DNA from: Myxococcales bacterium
GTDB lineage: Bacteria; Myxococcota; Myxococcia; Myxococcales; 40CM-4-68-19
Length of the DNA: 52,779 nt
Reading direction: 5' to 3'
Assembly: GCA_035702105.1 (NCBI GenBank)
Contig: DASSQZ010000148.1
Coordinates: 1-52,779, forward strand
The notes beneath the pieces were generated by a model. It was not told the DNA's origin and did no database searches. It saw nothing but the letters and a program-made list of their open reading frames with translations. A program made the position numbers and the translations under genes. Shown in pieces: positions 17,734 through 28,400 of the stretch (position 1 is its first letter; every line of letters begins with the position of its first letter).

Positions 17734-17998
17734 GGAAGGCCGGCCGTGAGCCGTTGCCGGGTCCGGCCGGGCGCTGCAATGGGGCCCGCGACGATGAGCC
17801 GCCTCGACGCCATTCCCGGCGCGGAACGACGCGAGAAGCGGTCGCGCCGCCGCCCGGGGCCCGCGCCGTGGCTGCCGCGAAGCGCGCCGCATCCGCAGCG
17901 TCCGGGAGGGGGACGGAGTCGGAGGCCGCGAGCGGCCGGCTTTTCGTTTTCGCGGCAAGGCAGCTGCAGGTGCCGTGCAACCAGGAAGGAGGTGCGCA

Positions 17999-19077
17999 AT
18001 GCGAGTGGACGTGAAGCTGAACGAGCGGGCGCTGGTCTACCTCGACGGCAAGCCGCAGAAGTACCTGGGTCCGGGCCGCTACCGGACGCTGGTCGCGCCG
18101 TGGCGCAAGGTGGAGGTGAAGCGCCTCGACACCGACGCGCTGGTGGCCGATCTGCGCGCAGAGGAGCTGGCGCTGGTGCCGCCCGGCGATCTGCGGGTGG
18201 TGGCGCTCGCGCCGGACCAGCGCGCGCTGGTCATGCGGCGCGGCAAGCCGGCGCGCTGGCTGGGCGCCGGCGTGCAGCAAGTCTGGACGGTGGAGCAGCT
18301 GCGTGACGGCACTCCGGCGGTGAGCGTCGAGGTGATCGACGTCTCCGGCGTGGAGACGGCGCCGCTGCGCGACGAGGTCAAGGCGCTGGTGCCGGCGTCC
18401 GACTACGTCGAGGCCACCGCGGCGGAGGGCTACACGGCTGTCCGCTACGTGGACGGCGCGCTCGATGCCGTGCTCGGCCCGGGCCGGACCGCGGCGTGGA
18501 CTGCGCGGCGGAAGGTGCAGCTCGCGGTCATCGAGGTGCGTGAGCGGCTGCTGGCGGTGAACGGTCAGGAGGTGATGACGAAGGACCGCGTGTCCCTTCG
18601 CCTGAACCTCGCGGCCGTCTACCGGGTGGCGAGGCGCGGGCGCCGGACGAGGTGCTGTACCTCGCCGTGCAGCTCGCGTCGCGCGAGGTGGTGGCCACGC
18701 GCACGCTGGACGAGCTGCTCGCCGCCCGCGAGGAGCTGGGCCAGTCGCTCCGGCCGGCGGTGGCGGAGCGCGCTGCTGCGCTGGGACTCGAGCTGCTCGA
18801 CCTGGGCCTCAAGGATCTCGTTCTTCCCGGTGAGATGAAGGCGCTGCTCAACCGGGTGATCGAGGCGCAGAAGGAGGCCGAGGCGAACGTGATCCTCCGG
18901 CGCGAGGAGACTGCCGCGACGCGCTCGATGGCGCAGACGGCCAAGGTCCTCGCGGAGAACCCGCTGCTCGTCCGCCTCAAGGAGCTGGAGGCGTACAAGG
19001 ACCTGGCGGGCAAGGTCGGTCAGGTCAACCTGGTGCTCGGCGCCGGGGTCCTGCCGCAGCTGCAGTTGAAGACGTAG
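17999..19077 (+). pseudogene. SPFH/band-7 (stomatin/prohibitin-like) gene interrupted by a 1-nt frameshift
   Basis: A strong RBS AGGAAGGAGG precedes the ATG at 17999. ORF 17975..18838 reads ...LNLAAVYRVA and then runs into nonsense. Frame +1 (ORF 18652..19077) continues the conserved SPFH sequence EARAPDEVLYLAVQLASREVVATRTLDELLAAREELG...GEMKALLNRVIEAQKEAEANVILRR... The frames switch at about 18621-18630. Confidence 0.6.
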
Positions 19078-19080
19078 GAA

Positions 19081-19115
19081 GGTCCGCCCGCCGGCCCCGA
19101 CGCGGCGGGCGGACC
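19081..19115. terminator. GC-rich perfect hairpin between convergent genes (putative bidirectional terminator)
   Basis: GGTCCGCCCGCC-ggccccgacgc-GGCGGGCGGACC is a 12-bp perfect stem 4 nt after the SPFH stop and 12 nt before the stop of the convergent hydrolase gene. It has no U-tract. Confidence 0.45.
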
Positions 19116-19127
19116 GCAGTTCCCCAT

Positions 19128-20465
19128 CTACTTCCTGGCGTTCATCCACTCGAGCATCGGCTGCTTCACCTGCTCGATCGAATGCGTCCCGGCGTACACG
19201 TCGAGGTGGCCGTATCCGGCGAGGAACACCGTGGTGATGTCCTTGCTCGCGATCCGCGTCACCTGGTTCGCGAGCGGGGTCCTGCAGACGCCGTTCGGGC
19301 ACCCGAACTCGCTGCCGAAGACGAGCAGCGGGATGTCGACGGCCCCCGTATCGACGTAGTCGAGGTACGGATGATGGGTACCGTAATTCGCCATCGCAGC
19401 GCCCTCAAGGTCCTGGATCCGCGGCCAGTAGCGGGTGAAATTGGAGAGGATTCCCACCAGGACCTCGCGGTTCATGTAGGTCTCCCCATTTCCGCCGGGG
19501 TATGGCGTGTAATAGTTGGTCACCTTGCCGGCACCCCAGGCGTAGAACGATCCGTACGCCGCGTAATCGGAGACGGTGTCGAGGACGGCCTTCTCCGCCG
19601 GCGCATAGGAGGGAATCGGTTTCGCCGGCGGCAGGTCGGCTACCTTCGGCAAGGGTTGACCGACGTCCCTGGTCGAGAACGGCACGGCGCCCGCGAGCCG
19701 CCCCTGCTCGAAGCTGCTGACCTCGCTCAGGTAGGGTCCGCCAGCCTTGAACGCGGCAACGTTGCCGTCGAACAGCGCCTCGGGCACCTGCCTTGCTGGA
19801 TCCACCGTTGCGTACGCGCCGCCGCCGTCGAGGCTGATCAGGCCCTTGAGATCCTGCTGCCAGTACCTGGCTGCGTAGATGTACATCTGCGTTCCGCCCC
19901 GGCTGCGGCCGGCAAGGAACAGCTTGTCGGTGCGTGCGATGTCCTTGGCCAGGCTCACGCACGCCTTGATGTCCTCGCGGAAGACGCCATACGTCCAATC
20001 GGCGGTGGCCGCGAGCGCACCGGCGAGGCCTGCCTGCGCGAACTGGTCAGCCGCCAGGTTGGCCACGTACCCGGTGCGGAATTCGATCGCGTAGACGTCG
20101 TAGCCCTGCGCGGCGAAGTACCAGTTCTCGGAGACGTTGGGGTTCGAATCCCTGGTGAAGCCTCGATCCCACGTGCCCGGGATGATGAAGAGGACCTTCC
20201 TCGAGTCGGGGCTCGGCCGGCCCGGAACCGCCGCGCTGTTGTTGGCTTCGCGAACGAATCGGTGCAGCGCAATCCGGTCGAACGGGCCGTTGGGAGGTCG
20301 CGCCGTCTCCCAGAAGTAGTGCTTGAGCGCGGGATCGAAGTCCGAGACGCTGACACCCCTGTACGTCCATGCGTCGAGCTTCGTCGCGTGCTCCGCGGAA
20401 CGTGCGCTCCCAACGTTGGTGAGCAGCACCAGGCAACCGATCGCGATCGAGAGTGCCCCCTTCAT
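19128..20465 (-). CDS. Secreted alpha/beta-hydrolase (lipase/esterase-like)
   Basis: The start is taken at the internal ATG with RBS AAGGGG (MKGALSIAIGCLVLLTNVGSARSA signal peptide). Nucleophile elbow FLAGRSRGG (G-x-S-x-G). The N-terminal extension in the track ORF is unsupported. Confidence 0.7.
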   Translation of the reverse strand: MKGALSIAIGCLVLLTNVGSARSAEHATKLDAWTYRGVSVSDFDPALKHYFWETARPPNGPFDRIALHRFVREANNSAAVPGRPSPDSRKVLFIIPGTWDRGFTRDSNPNVSENWYFAAQGYDVYAIEFRTGYVANLAADQFAQAGLAGALAATADWTYGVFREDIKACVSLAKDIARTDKLFLAGRSRGGTQMYIYAARYWQQDLKGLISLDGGGAYATVDPARQVPEALFDGNVAAFKAGGPYLSEVSSFEQGRLAGAVPFSTRDVGQPLPKVADLPPAKPIPSYAPAEKAVLDTVSDYAAYGSFYAWGAGKVTNYYTPYPGGNGETYMNREVLVGILSNFTRYWPRIQDLEGAAMANYGTHHPYLDYVDTGAVDIPLLVFGSEFGCPNGVCRTPLANQVTRIASKDITTVFLAGYGHLDVYAGTHSIEQVKQPMLEWMNARK

Positions 20466-20651
20466 GGCGTTCGCCCCTTTCCGGGTTGGATCCATCTCGG
20501 GGGCCGCGAACCTACGACTCCGGATGCGCACGACAAGCGCTCAATTGCCGCACATGGCCCATGCAATCCATAGGGGCGCTGCTTACGTTGCAGCAGCGCC
20601 GAACGGGCCCATGGTCAAAAGATTCCCAATCGTTTTTACAGGAGCCAGTCA

Positions 20652-23468
20652 ATGCCGGGTCCCAAGCGGATGATCGCCTTCCTGGTCGCCTCGATGCCTC
20701 TTGCGACCGCTGCGCTCGCGCAGACCACCGTGACGCTTCAACAGGGGGCGAGCTACTCCGGCGCCGCCGACGACTGGATCATCTGCTGCAGCGGCGCCGA
20801 CACCAACAAGGGCGCGGACGTCGAGGTCGACATGCGCTCGACCAGCGACTACGGCCTCTTCCGCTTCTCCATCTTCCAGTCCGAGGGCGGGCCGGTGCCC
20901 AACGGCGCCACCATCACCTCGGCCACGCTGTCGCTCTACAAGTCGTTCGGCCCGGACGCAGTCTTCAAGGCCTCGCGGCTGCTCAAGCCCTGGACCGAGA
21001 TGGGCGCCACCTGGAACTCCACCGGCGCCGCGCCCTGGACCACCCCGGGCGCGCAGGGAGCCGGCACGGACGTGCTCGCCAGCGCGGACGGGCAGGGCTC
21101 CGCGCCGGACTCCGCCGCCAACAACTGCGCCGACGGCGTCGGCCACGAGATCTGCTGGCTCAACATCGACGTGACGGCGGGCGTGCAGGCGTTCGCCAAT
21201 GGCTCGGCGCAGAACTTCGGCTGGCTCCTGCAGCAGGTCTCGAGCAGCGGGGAGTTCACCTACAAGGACTTCATCTCCAAGGATGCCACCACCTTCTCGC
21301 AATACCGGCCGAAGCTCACCGTCAATTACGCCGGCGCCGGGTGCGGGGCCGTGCCGGTGGCCTCGTTCACGGCCACGCCGGCCTCGGGCCCAGCGCCGCT
21401 CGCCGTGACCTTCGACGCCTCCGGCTCGTCCGACGGCGGCTCACCCATCACCAGCCTCACCCTGCAGTTCGGCGACGCGACCCAGGTCACCTGGGGGAGC
21501 AAGACGCAAACCCAGGCGCACAGTTACGGCTCGAACGGCACCTTCACGGCCACCCTGACCGCAGCCAATGCCTGCGGCACGTCCGCCCCGGTCAGCCGGC
21601 AGATCACGGTCGGAAACAATCCGCCGGGCGACATCGTGCCTTCGGAGCCCGCCGCCGGCGACCTGGCCTTCGCCGTGCCCACGTTCCACAGCATGGGCCT
21701 CTACTACAGCACGCAGACCACCGAGCCGCAGGTCTGGATGCGCTATCGCAAGTCGACGGACACCGCGTGGCGCACGGGGTATCCGCTCTGGGTCGACCCG
21801 CGCACCACCGACGGCAACAGCCCGGCCACGAACACGCTGCCGTTCACCGCCCCGGGCCCCGTCACGGGAGCGACGCTGCAATACCGGGCCCGCGGAAGCG
21901 CGGTGATGCTCGACCCCGGCACCAGGTACTACTTCGAGTTCGGCACCGGCCCGCAGAGCGCGATCACCTGGCTCCACTACGTCGCCGGCACCACCTGGCA
22001 GTCCACCTTCCCGGAGGATCCCGCGGTCACGACCATTCCGTCGCAGAACGACGTCTACGTGATCCCGGCAACCGGCGGAGGCAACCCGGGCGCGTACAAG
22101 GTCTACGACGGCTGGAACGGTACCTCGAAGAACGTCGTCAACCGGCTCGGGCAGAACCTGACCGCCGACCCCGGCGTCGACGCCGCGCACGCCATCGTCG
22201 TCAAGGCCAGCTTCGTCATCATCCGGCGCGTGCGCGCCACCGGCGCCGCGCTCGCAGGCATCTACGTCGCTCCCAACGTCACCGACGTGGTCATCGAGGA
22301 CTCGCAGGTGGACGACTGGTCGTGGCAGCCGGGCACGACCTCGGGCGAGCCCAACCCGAACTCGTGGGGCACCTGGGGGCAGAACGAGATCGGCGGCATC
22401 CACCTCGCGCAGAACAACTCGCGCATCGTCATCCAGCGCAACGTCATCAAGGCGCCGCACTTCGGCTCCTTCCCCTGGGACACTTCGTCGGCCTGCGACC
22501 CCACCGTGCCCAGCGTTCCGCAGAACCATCCCATCGGGCCCGACGGGATCGCGTTCGAGACCGCGGGCCAGCAGAACGTGGTGCGCTACAACGAGATCAC
22601 CGGCGACGCGGCGAACCGCAACCACTGGTACATGGACGGCGTCGGCGGCGGCGACAACTTCTCCCCCCACGGCTCGCCGGGCGCCGACAGCGACATCTAC
22701 CAGAACATCATCATGAACGTGTTCGACGACGCCATCGAGGCCGAGGGAGGCGGCCGCAACGTGCGCATCTGGGGCAACTACCTCAGCGAGACGAAATCCG
22801 CGGTGGCCACCACCACGGTTCATTTCGGGCCGACCTACATCTGGCGCAACGTGGTGAACCACGTCCGCACCTGCTACCAGCAGGTCGCGGACGGCAATCC
22901 GGCGGGCGACTGGCCCACCAACGCGTTCAAGATGGGCGGCTGGGACTCGGTCCGCGCCGGGGAAGGATACGGGAACGGCATCCGCTACCTCTTCCACAAC
23001 ACGGTCCTCCAGTCGCCGGGGGCGTTCGGCGCCGAGGTGGTGATCGAGCCGACCTCGAACGGGTCGGGCAGCGTCGCCTGGACGATCGCGCACAACAACA
23101 TCCTGGAGACGCGCGACGAGACGAACCTCGGGTGGTCGATCCAGACCGGCGACACCCCGACGGGCAGCAACTTCGACGCCAACATGTGCAATGGGCGCGT
23201 CGATACGGCGATTCCCCAGCCGGCCGCGCCGTACACCTTCACCGCCAGCCAGCTCTTCTACGAGCCCGGCGACGGCGCCCAGAGCGTGCCGGCGCTGGGC
23301 GGAGGCGGGGTGGGCAATTACCGGCTCGGCGCAGGCAGCGTCGGCATCGACGTCGGGCAGGTGCTGCCGAACTTCAGCGACGGCTTCATCGGCGGCGCTC
23401 CGGACGAAGGGGCGCAGGAGAGCGGCTCGGCCGGTCCGATGAAGTTCGGAATCACCGCCGGCCAGTGA
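20652..23468 (+). CDS. Secreted right-handed beta-helix protein (polysaccharide lyase/glycosidase-like) with N-terminal DNRLRE-like and PKD domains
   Basis: RBS AGGAG. Signal peptide. DNRLRE-type N-terminal module (ATLSLYKSFGPDAVFKASRLLKPWTEMGATWNS). PKD domain (PLAVTFDASGSSDGGSPITSLTLQFGDATQVTWGSKTQTQAHSYGSNGTFTATLTAANACG). Parallel beta-helix repeats (DIYQNIIMNVFDDAIEAEGGGRNVRIWGNYL). Confidence 0.8.
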   Translation: MPGPKRMIAFLVASMPLATAALAQTTVTLQQGASYSGAADDWIICCSGADTNKGADVEVDMRSTSDYGLFRFSIFQSEGGPVPNGATITSATLSLYKSFGPDAVFKASRLLKPWTEMGATWNSTGAAPWTTPGAQGAGTDVLASADGQGSAPDSAANNCADGVGHEICWLNIDVTAGVQAFANGSAQNFGWLLQQVSSSGEFTYKDFISKDATTFSQYRPKLTVNYAGAGCGAVPVASFTATPASGPAPLAVTFDASGSSDGGSPITSLTLQFGDATQVTWGSKTQTQAHSYGSNGTFTATLTAANACGTSAPVSRQITVGNNPPGDIVPSEPAAGDLAFAVPTFHSMGLYYSTQTTEPQVWMRYRKSTDTAWRTGYPLWVDPRTTDGNSPATNTLPFTAPGPVTGATLQYRARGSAVMLDPGTRYYFEFGTGPQSAITWLHYVAGTTWQSTFPEDPAVTTIPSQNDVYVIPATGGGNPGAYKVYDGWNGTSKNVVNRLGQNLTADPGVDAAHAIVVKASFVIIRRVRATGAALAGIYVAPNVTDVVIEDSQVDDWSWQPGTTSGEPNPNSWGTWGQNEIGGIHLAQNNSRIVIQRNVIKAPHFGSFPWDTSSACDPTVPSVPQNHPIGPDGIAFETAGQQNVVRYNEITGDAANRNHWYMDGVGGGDNFSPHGSPGADSDIYQNIIMNVFDDAIEAEGGGRNVRIWGNYLSETKSAVATTTVHFGPTYIWRNVVNHVRTCYQQVADGNPAGDWPTNAFKMGGWDSVRAGEGYGNGIRYLFHNTVLQSPGAFGAEVVIEPTSNGSGSVAWTIAHNNILETRDETNLGWSIQTGDTPTGSNFDANMCNGRVDTAIPQPAAPYTFTASQLFYEPGDGAQSVPALGGGGVGNYRLGAGSVGIDVGQVLPNFSDGFIGGAPDEGAQESGSAGPMKFGITAGQ

Positions 23469-23919
23469 GGCTGCCGCGGCCGTCCTCCGCGGCGGGCGGC
23501 GTGCGCTCGAAGCGGAGGATGGCCGCGCGCAGCGGCTCCGGCAGCGGCACCGGCTTGCGGGTGGCGAGGTGCACGTGGACGTAGACCAGCTCGCCGGAGG
23601 TGAGGTGCTCGTCGCCGCGCCAGATGCCGAGGAGGTACTGCATCGACGAGCGGCCGAGCCGCGCGACCCTGCAGCCGATGTCGAGGACGTCGTCGTACGC
23701 CGCCGAGCCGTGGAATCCGGCGGTGGCCTTGACGGCGAAGACGTCGGTGCCGGCCTCCAGCATGGCGCCCGGATAGGGATAGTCGATCGCGCGCCAGTAC
23801 TCGGTGACGGCGACGTCGAAATAGGCGAAGTAGTGCGGATTGAAGACCACGCCCTGGCGATCCACCTCGGCCCAGCGCACGCGCAGGCTGTGGACGAGGG
23901 TGAAATCGCGCCGGTCCAT
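23452..23919 (-). CDS. Acyl-CoA thioesterase, hotdog fold (4HBT/YbgC family)
   Basis: VRWAEVDRQGVVFNPHYFAYFDVAVTEYWRAIDYPY matches the YbgC/4HBT signature. The 3' end overlaps the convergent gene 20652..23468 by 17 nt. Confidence 0.8.
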   Translation of the reverse strand: MDRRDFTLVHSLRVRWAEVDRQGVVFNPHYFAYFDVAVTEYWRAIDYPYPGAMLEAGTDVFAVKATAGFHGSAAYDDVLDIGCRVARLGRSSMQYLLGIWRGDEHLTSGELVYVHVHLATRKPVPLPEPLRAAILRFERTPPAAEDGRGSLTGRR

Positions 23920-23940
23920 GCCGGCGGATGATAGCGCGGG

Positions 23941-25323
23941 TTACCTCGCCGGCGGGATGTTCTGGTTGACCCGGAAGAAGTTGTCCGGGTCGTAGGCCTT
24001 CTTCACCAGCTGCAGCCGCTCGTAGTTCGCCCCGTAGGTGGCGCGGATGCGGTCCGACCCTTCCTCCATCATGAAGTTCACGTAGGCGCCGCCCGTGGAG
24101 TAGGGGTGGAGCGCGTCGTAGTACCCGACGGTCCAGTTGCGCAGCTCGTCCGCCCTGGCCGGGCTGGGGTCGACTCCGACGATGACCTGCGACCAGAGCG
24201 CCTCGCGGTGGCGGTACGCGGTCTCGCCCGCGCCGACGCGCGCCGCGGCGCCGTTGAGCGGGTAGAGGTGCATGGTGGACTGCCCGGTGGGCAGCGTGGC
24301 GCCGAGGCGCGCGTGCTCGCGGATGGCGGCGTCGGGGAGCTTGCCGAAGAAGTCGGCGCGCCAGTACCACTGCAGCCCCGGGGGATAGAGCGGATCGAAG
24401 AAGGACTGCAGGGCGGGGAAGGGCAGCTCGTGCGGCGCGTGCAGGAGCGGCTGCACCGCCGAGACGAGCGGCTTCACGATCCGGTCGAACGCCTCCTGCT
24501 TGCCGTTGAAGCACCAGATGGCGGCGCTGACCTTGCGCCCGTGCAGCGCCTCGGGGAAGGGCGGGACCGGCGGCACGGTGGTGAAGGCGAAGAAGCCGCC
24601 CAGCTCCTCCGGCGCGGTGAGGATCAGCTCCTGGAAGGCGCGGAGCGCGTCCTCGGCCTGCTCCAGCGCCCAGAAGGTGGGACCGCCCACCACCGTGCTC
24701 ACCGGATGGGCGCGGAAGAGGAACGAGGTGACGATGCCGAAGTTGCCGCCGCCCCCGCGCAGGGCCCAGAAGAGATCCGGGTGCTCGTCGCGGCTGGCCG
24801 TCACCATGCGGCCGTCGGCCAGGACCACGTCGGCGGCGAGGAGGTTGTCGATGGTCAGGCCCGCGCTCCGGGTCAGATAGCCGCTGCCGCCGCCCAGCGT
24901 GAGGCCGCCCACGCCGGTGGTGGAGATGAAGCCGCAGGGCACGGCCAGGCCGAAGGGGTGGGTGGCGTGATCGACGTCTCCCCAGGTGGCTCCTCCCTCC
25001 ACGCGCACGGTGCGCGCCTGCGCATCCACGCGGATGCCGCGGAGCATTCCCAGGTCGATCATCAGTCCACCCTCCACCGTGCCCAGCCCGCCGGCGTTGT
25101 GGCCGCCTCCGCGCACCGCCACGGTGATGCCCGAGGCGCGCGCGGCCTTGACGCAGGCGATCACGTCGGCCACGTCGGCGCAGCGGGCGATGGCCAGGGG
25201 CCTCCGCTGGATCATCGCATTGTAGACGGCGCGGGCCTTCTCGTATCCGCCGTCGCCCGGAGCCAGCACCTCACCGCGCAGCGATGCCTTCAGCGCGGCC
25301 ACGAAGTTCGCCTGTTCTGCCAT
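23941..25323 (-). CDS. FAD-linked oxidase (PCMH-type FAD-binding domain plus BBE-like C-terminus)
   Basis: FAD-binding motif VAVRGGGHNAGG. C-terminal BBE motif DPDNFFRVNQNIPP. Confidence 0.85.
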   Translation of the reverse strand: MAEQANFVAALKASLRGEVLAPGDGGYEKARAVYNAMIQRRPLAIARCADVADVIACVKAARASGITVAVRGGGHNAGGLGTVEGGLMIDLGMLRGIRVDAQARTVRVEGGATWGDVDHATHPFGLAVPCGFISTTGVGGLTLGGGSGYLTRSAGLTIDNLLAADVVLADGRMVTASRDEHPDLFWALRGGGGNFGIVTSFLFRAHPVSTVVGGPTFWALEQAEDALRAFQELILTAPEELGGFFAFTTVPPVPPFPEALHGRKVSAAIWCFNGKQEAFDRIVKPLVSAVQPLLHAPHELPFPALQSFFDPLYPPGLQWYWRADFFGKLPDAAIREHARLGATLPTGQSTMHLYPLNGAAARVGAGETAYRHREALWSQVIVGVDPSPARADELRNWTVGYYDALHPYSTGGAYVNFMMEEGSDRIRATYGANYERLQLVKKAYDPDNFFRVNQNIPPAR

Positions 25324-25413
25324 GGATCTTCCTCCCCTTGTGCGCTCGATGGCGCGAATGGCGGACTGACTAACCAGGGCCGCGTTCGCGGAGCGTTCGC
25401 GCCCTGCGAACGG

Positions 25414-28400
25414 TCAGGACAGCCCGGCCAGGAACTGCGCCGCCCGCTCGCGGTCGAACGAGCTGCCTCCGTCCGGAAGCGTGGCCAGCGCCTCGCGAAC
25501 CACCTCGGCGGCGCGCGCCCCGCCCTTGTCCCTGCGCAGCGCCACGCCGAGCGTCACGGCGCAGCGGACCATCAGGGGCCGCGCCCGCATCGCGCCCGCC
25601 CGCTCCAGCGCGCGCTGCGCATGCTCGACCGCCCGCTCCGGCGAGAGCAGGGCGCGCAGGCGCTGGAGCTCGGGAGACCAGAAGACGTCGCCGGAGCTGG
25701 CGGCGCGGTCCTCCGCCTCGTCCAGCACCGCGAGCGCCTCGTCCCTGCGGCCGGCGGCGGCGAGCACCTCGGCGAGGGCGGCGAGATAGATGGGACGGCG
25801 CGCCCATGCGCCCTCCTCGTCGAGCGAGGCCAGCGCGCCCCGCATCTCGCGCGCTGCGGCGGCCGGATCGCCGCCGGTCCGCGCCCACGCGCCGAGCAGC
25901 GTGCCCCAGTGGCGGTAGTAGGCGAACCCGTGCCGCTCGCAGACGGCGCGCGCCTCGCCGGCGGCCTCCGCGCAGGCCCGCCGGTCGCCGCGCATGTAGT
26001 GCAGCACCGCGGCGTACGCCTGCGCCAGGGCCTCGCTGTAGGCGTGCTCCAGCGCGCGCGCCGTCCGCACCGCCTCGCCGGCACAGGCCAGGGCGCGGTC
26101 CTCCCGTCCCGACATCCAGAGCGCGTGCGCCTCCCAGGCGCTGTTGAAGACGCTCACGTCCGAGCCGAAGACGGTCAGGTGGCGGCGCGCCTCCTCGGGA
26201 TGGTAGAGGCGCCGCGCCTCCTCGAAGTGGTGGATGGCCCGGTCGAACTCGCCGGCGTGGGTGAGCGGTCCCGCCAGCGAGTGGTGGCTCTCGGCCTCGT
26301 ACGAGCCGAGCCGCGCGGCAAGCTCCTGCATCTGCCCGGCGGTCTCGACGGTGCCGGAGAGGTCGCCGGAGACGAAGCGCAGGCCCCAGAGGCTGCGCAG
26401 CACCTGGAAGAGCGCAGGCGAGTCTTCCAGGCGCTCGGCGAGCAGGCGCGCGCGCTCCAGCACCTCCTTGAGCTTCGGATCGGTGTAGCCATGGATGGCG
26501 CGGAGCGAGGGCGTCTGTTCGAGCAGCAGCGCCAGCTCGTCGCGGTCGCGGTCGCGGCTCTCGCCCCGCCGCTTCACCAGATCGAGGGCGCGGCCCAGGA
26601 GCGCCACCGCGCGGGAGTGGGCGTAGACCCCGGCAGCCACCCGGGCCGCGCGCCGGTAGTGCTCGGCCGCGCGCTCGGGAAGGCCCGCCAGCTCGCAGTG
26701 GACGGCGAGCGAGGCGCTGATCTCGTCCAGGCTGCTCGCATGCACGAGCTCGAGGGCCTGGGCGACGCGGCGGTGCAACAGGCGCGCGCGGGCCGGGCTC
26801 ACCCCCTGCGTGGCCGCCTCGCGCAAGGCATCGTGGGAGAAGTCGTAGCCGAGCGCCGGGTGCTCGCGGACGATGCGGCGCCGCCAGAGCTCGTCGAGCG
26901 CGGGCACGAGCTCGCTCTCCTCCAGGTCGGCCGCCTCGCGGAGCACGTCGAAGCTGAAGGCGCGGCCGATGGTGGCGGCGCACTCCATCAGATCCCGCGC
27001 CCGGGGCCCGAGCTGCGCGAGGCGGGCGGCGAGCACGGCGCGAACGCGCGGCGAGCGGGAGAGCGGATTCTCCGCTGCCGGCGCATCCGGCGCGGGCGCC
27101 GCGCTCCGGACGTGCAGGTCGGCCCGCAGCGCCTCGAGGGCGAAGAGCGGGTTGCCTTCGCTCAGCTCGTACACCCTCTGCGCGGCCTCCGCGGTCACCG
27201 CCTCGCGCTCCCGCGCTGCAGCGTGGAGCAGGGCCGCCACGTCGTCCGCCCCCAACGGTCCCAGCTCCAGCTCGAGAAGCCCGCCCTCCTGCCGCAGCGC
27301 GAGCAGGAGGCCGCGGGCGGCGTCGTTGTCGGCCAGCTCGCCGCTCCGCGCGGTGGCGACGACGAAGAGCGGCGCCCCCGCGCCGTAGCGGCTGATGAAG
27401 TGCAGGAGCGAGACGGTGGCCGGATCGCACCACTGCAGATCGTCGAGCACCAGCACCACCGGCCGCGTCCCGCCCAGCAGCACCCGCGCGACCGCCTCGA
27501 AGAGCCGCCGCCGCAGCCAGGAATCGGCGCCGCCCGGCGGCTCCGTCTCCACGCCCGGCGGCGCCTCTCCCGACGCAAGCGCCTCGGGCAGGAGGCGCGC
27601 GATCTCGGTGCGCCAGACGGCGTCCACGTCGCCGAGCTGCGCGAAGATGGTGGGGCTTCGCAGCCAGTCCACCACCGGGCCGTAGCTCAGGTGCCCTTCG
27701 GCGGCGTACGCACGGGCGCGGGCCACGCGGGCCCCTTCGTGGCCGGCGAGGCGCGCCACCTCGTCGGCGAGGCGCGACTTGCCGATGCCGGGCTCGCCCA
27801 GGATGCAGGCCATCCTCGGGCCTCCCGCGCCGGCGGCCCGGAAGGCGCGCAGCAGCCGCTCGCGCTCCGCGGCGCGGCCCACCAGCGCCCAGGCCTCGGG
27901 TGAGGCGCGTCCTGCGGGCCGCGGCTCGCCCTGCGCCGGGTCGCCCTCCACAAGACTGCGGTACAGCTCCCGCGTCTCCAGCGCCGGTTCCACCCCCAGC
28001 TCGCGCTCGAGCAGGTGGGCGCAGCGGTGATAGGTGTGCAGCGCCGCGGCCCGGTCGGACGCGGCGGCGTGCAGCCGCATCAGCGTGCGATAGCCGATCT
28101 CGTCGAGCGGATCGATCTCGGTCAGGCGGCGCGCCCAGCGGATTCCTTCGAGCAGATCGCGGCGCTCCTCCAGGAGCGCGGTCAGGCGCCGCAGCGCCGC
28201 CTTGACCTCTTCCTTCAGCCGCTCCCGCTCCGCGCCGAGCCACTCGCTGAAGCACTCGGGAAAGAGATCGCCGGCGTACTGTTGCGCCGCCTCCGCCAGC
28301 GCCGCGGCCTCCTCGGTCTTGCGCCCCGCGCCCCGCGCGGCCCCGGCGCGGGCCAGCGCGCGCCTCAGGTCGTGGAGGTCCGAGCCGATCTGGTCCGGGT

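Noticed and set aside
19081-19115. Hairpin considered as a riboswitch or attenuator rather than a terminator
   Set aside because: It lies between two convergent stop codons with no upstream leader and no conserved riboswitch features. A simple bidirectional terminator/stabiliser hairpin is the economical reading.
25394-25412. Short inverted repeat CGTTCGC-gccct-GCGAACG just downstream of the SARP regulator stop
   Set aside because: It is only a 7-bp stem with no U/A tract. It could be a weak terminator or an operator for the downstream oxidase gene, but the evidence is too thin to call.
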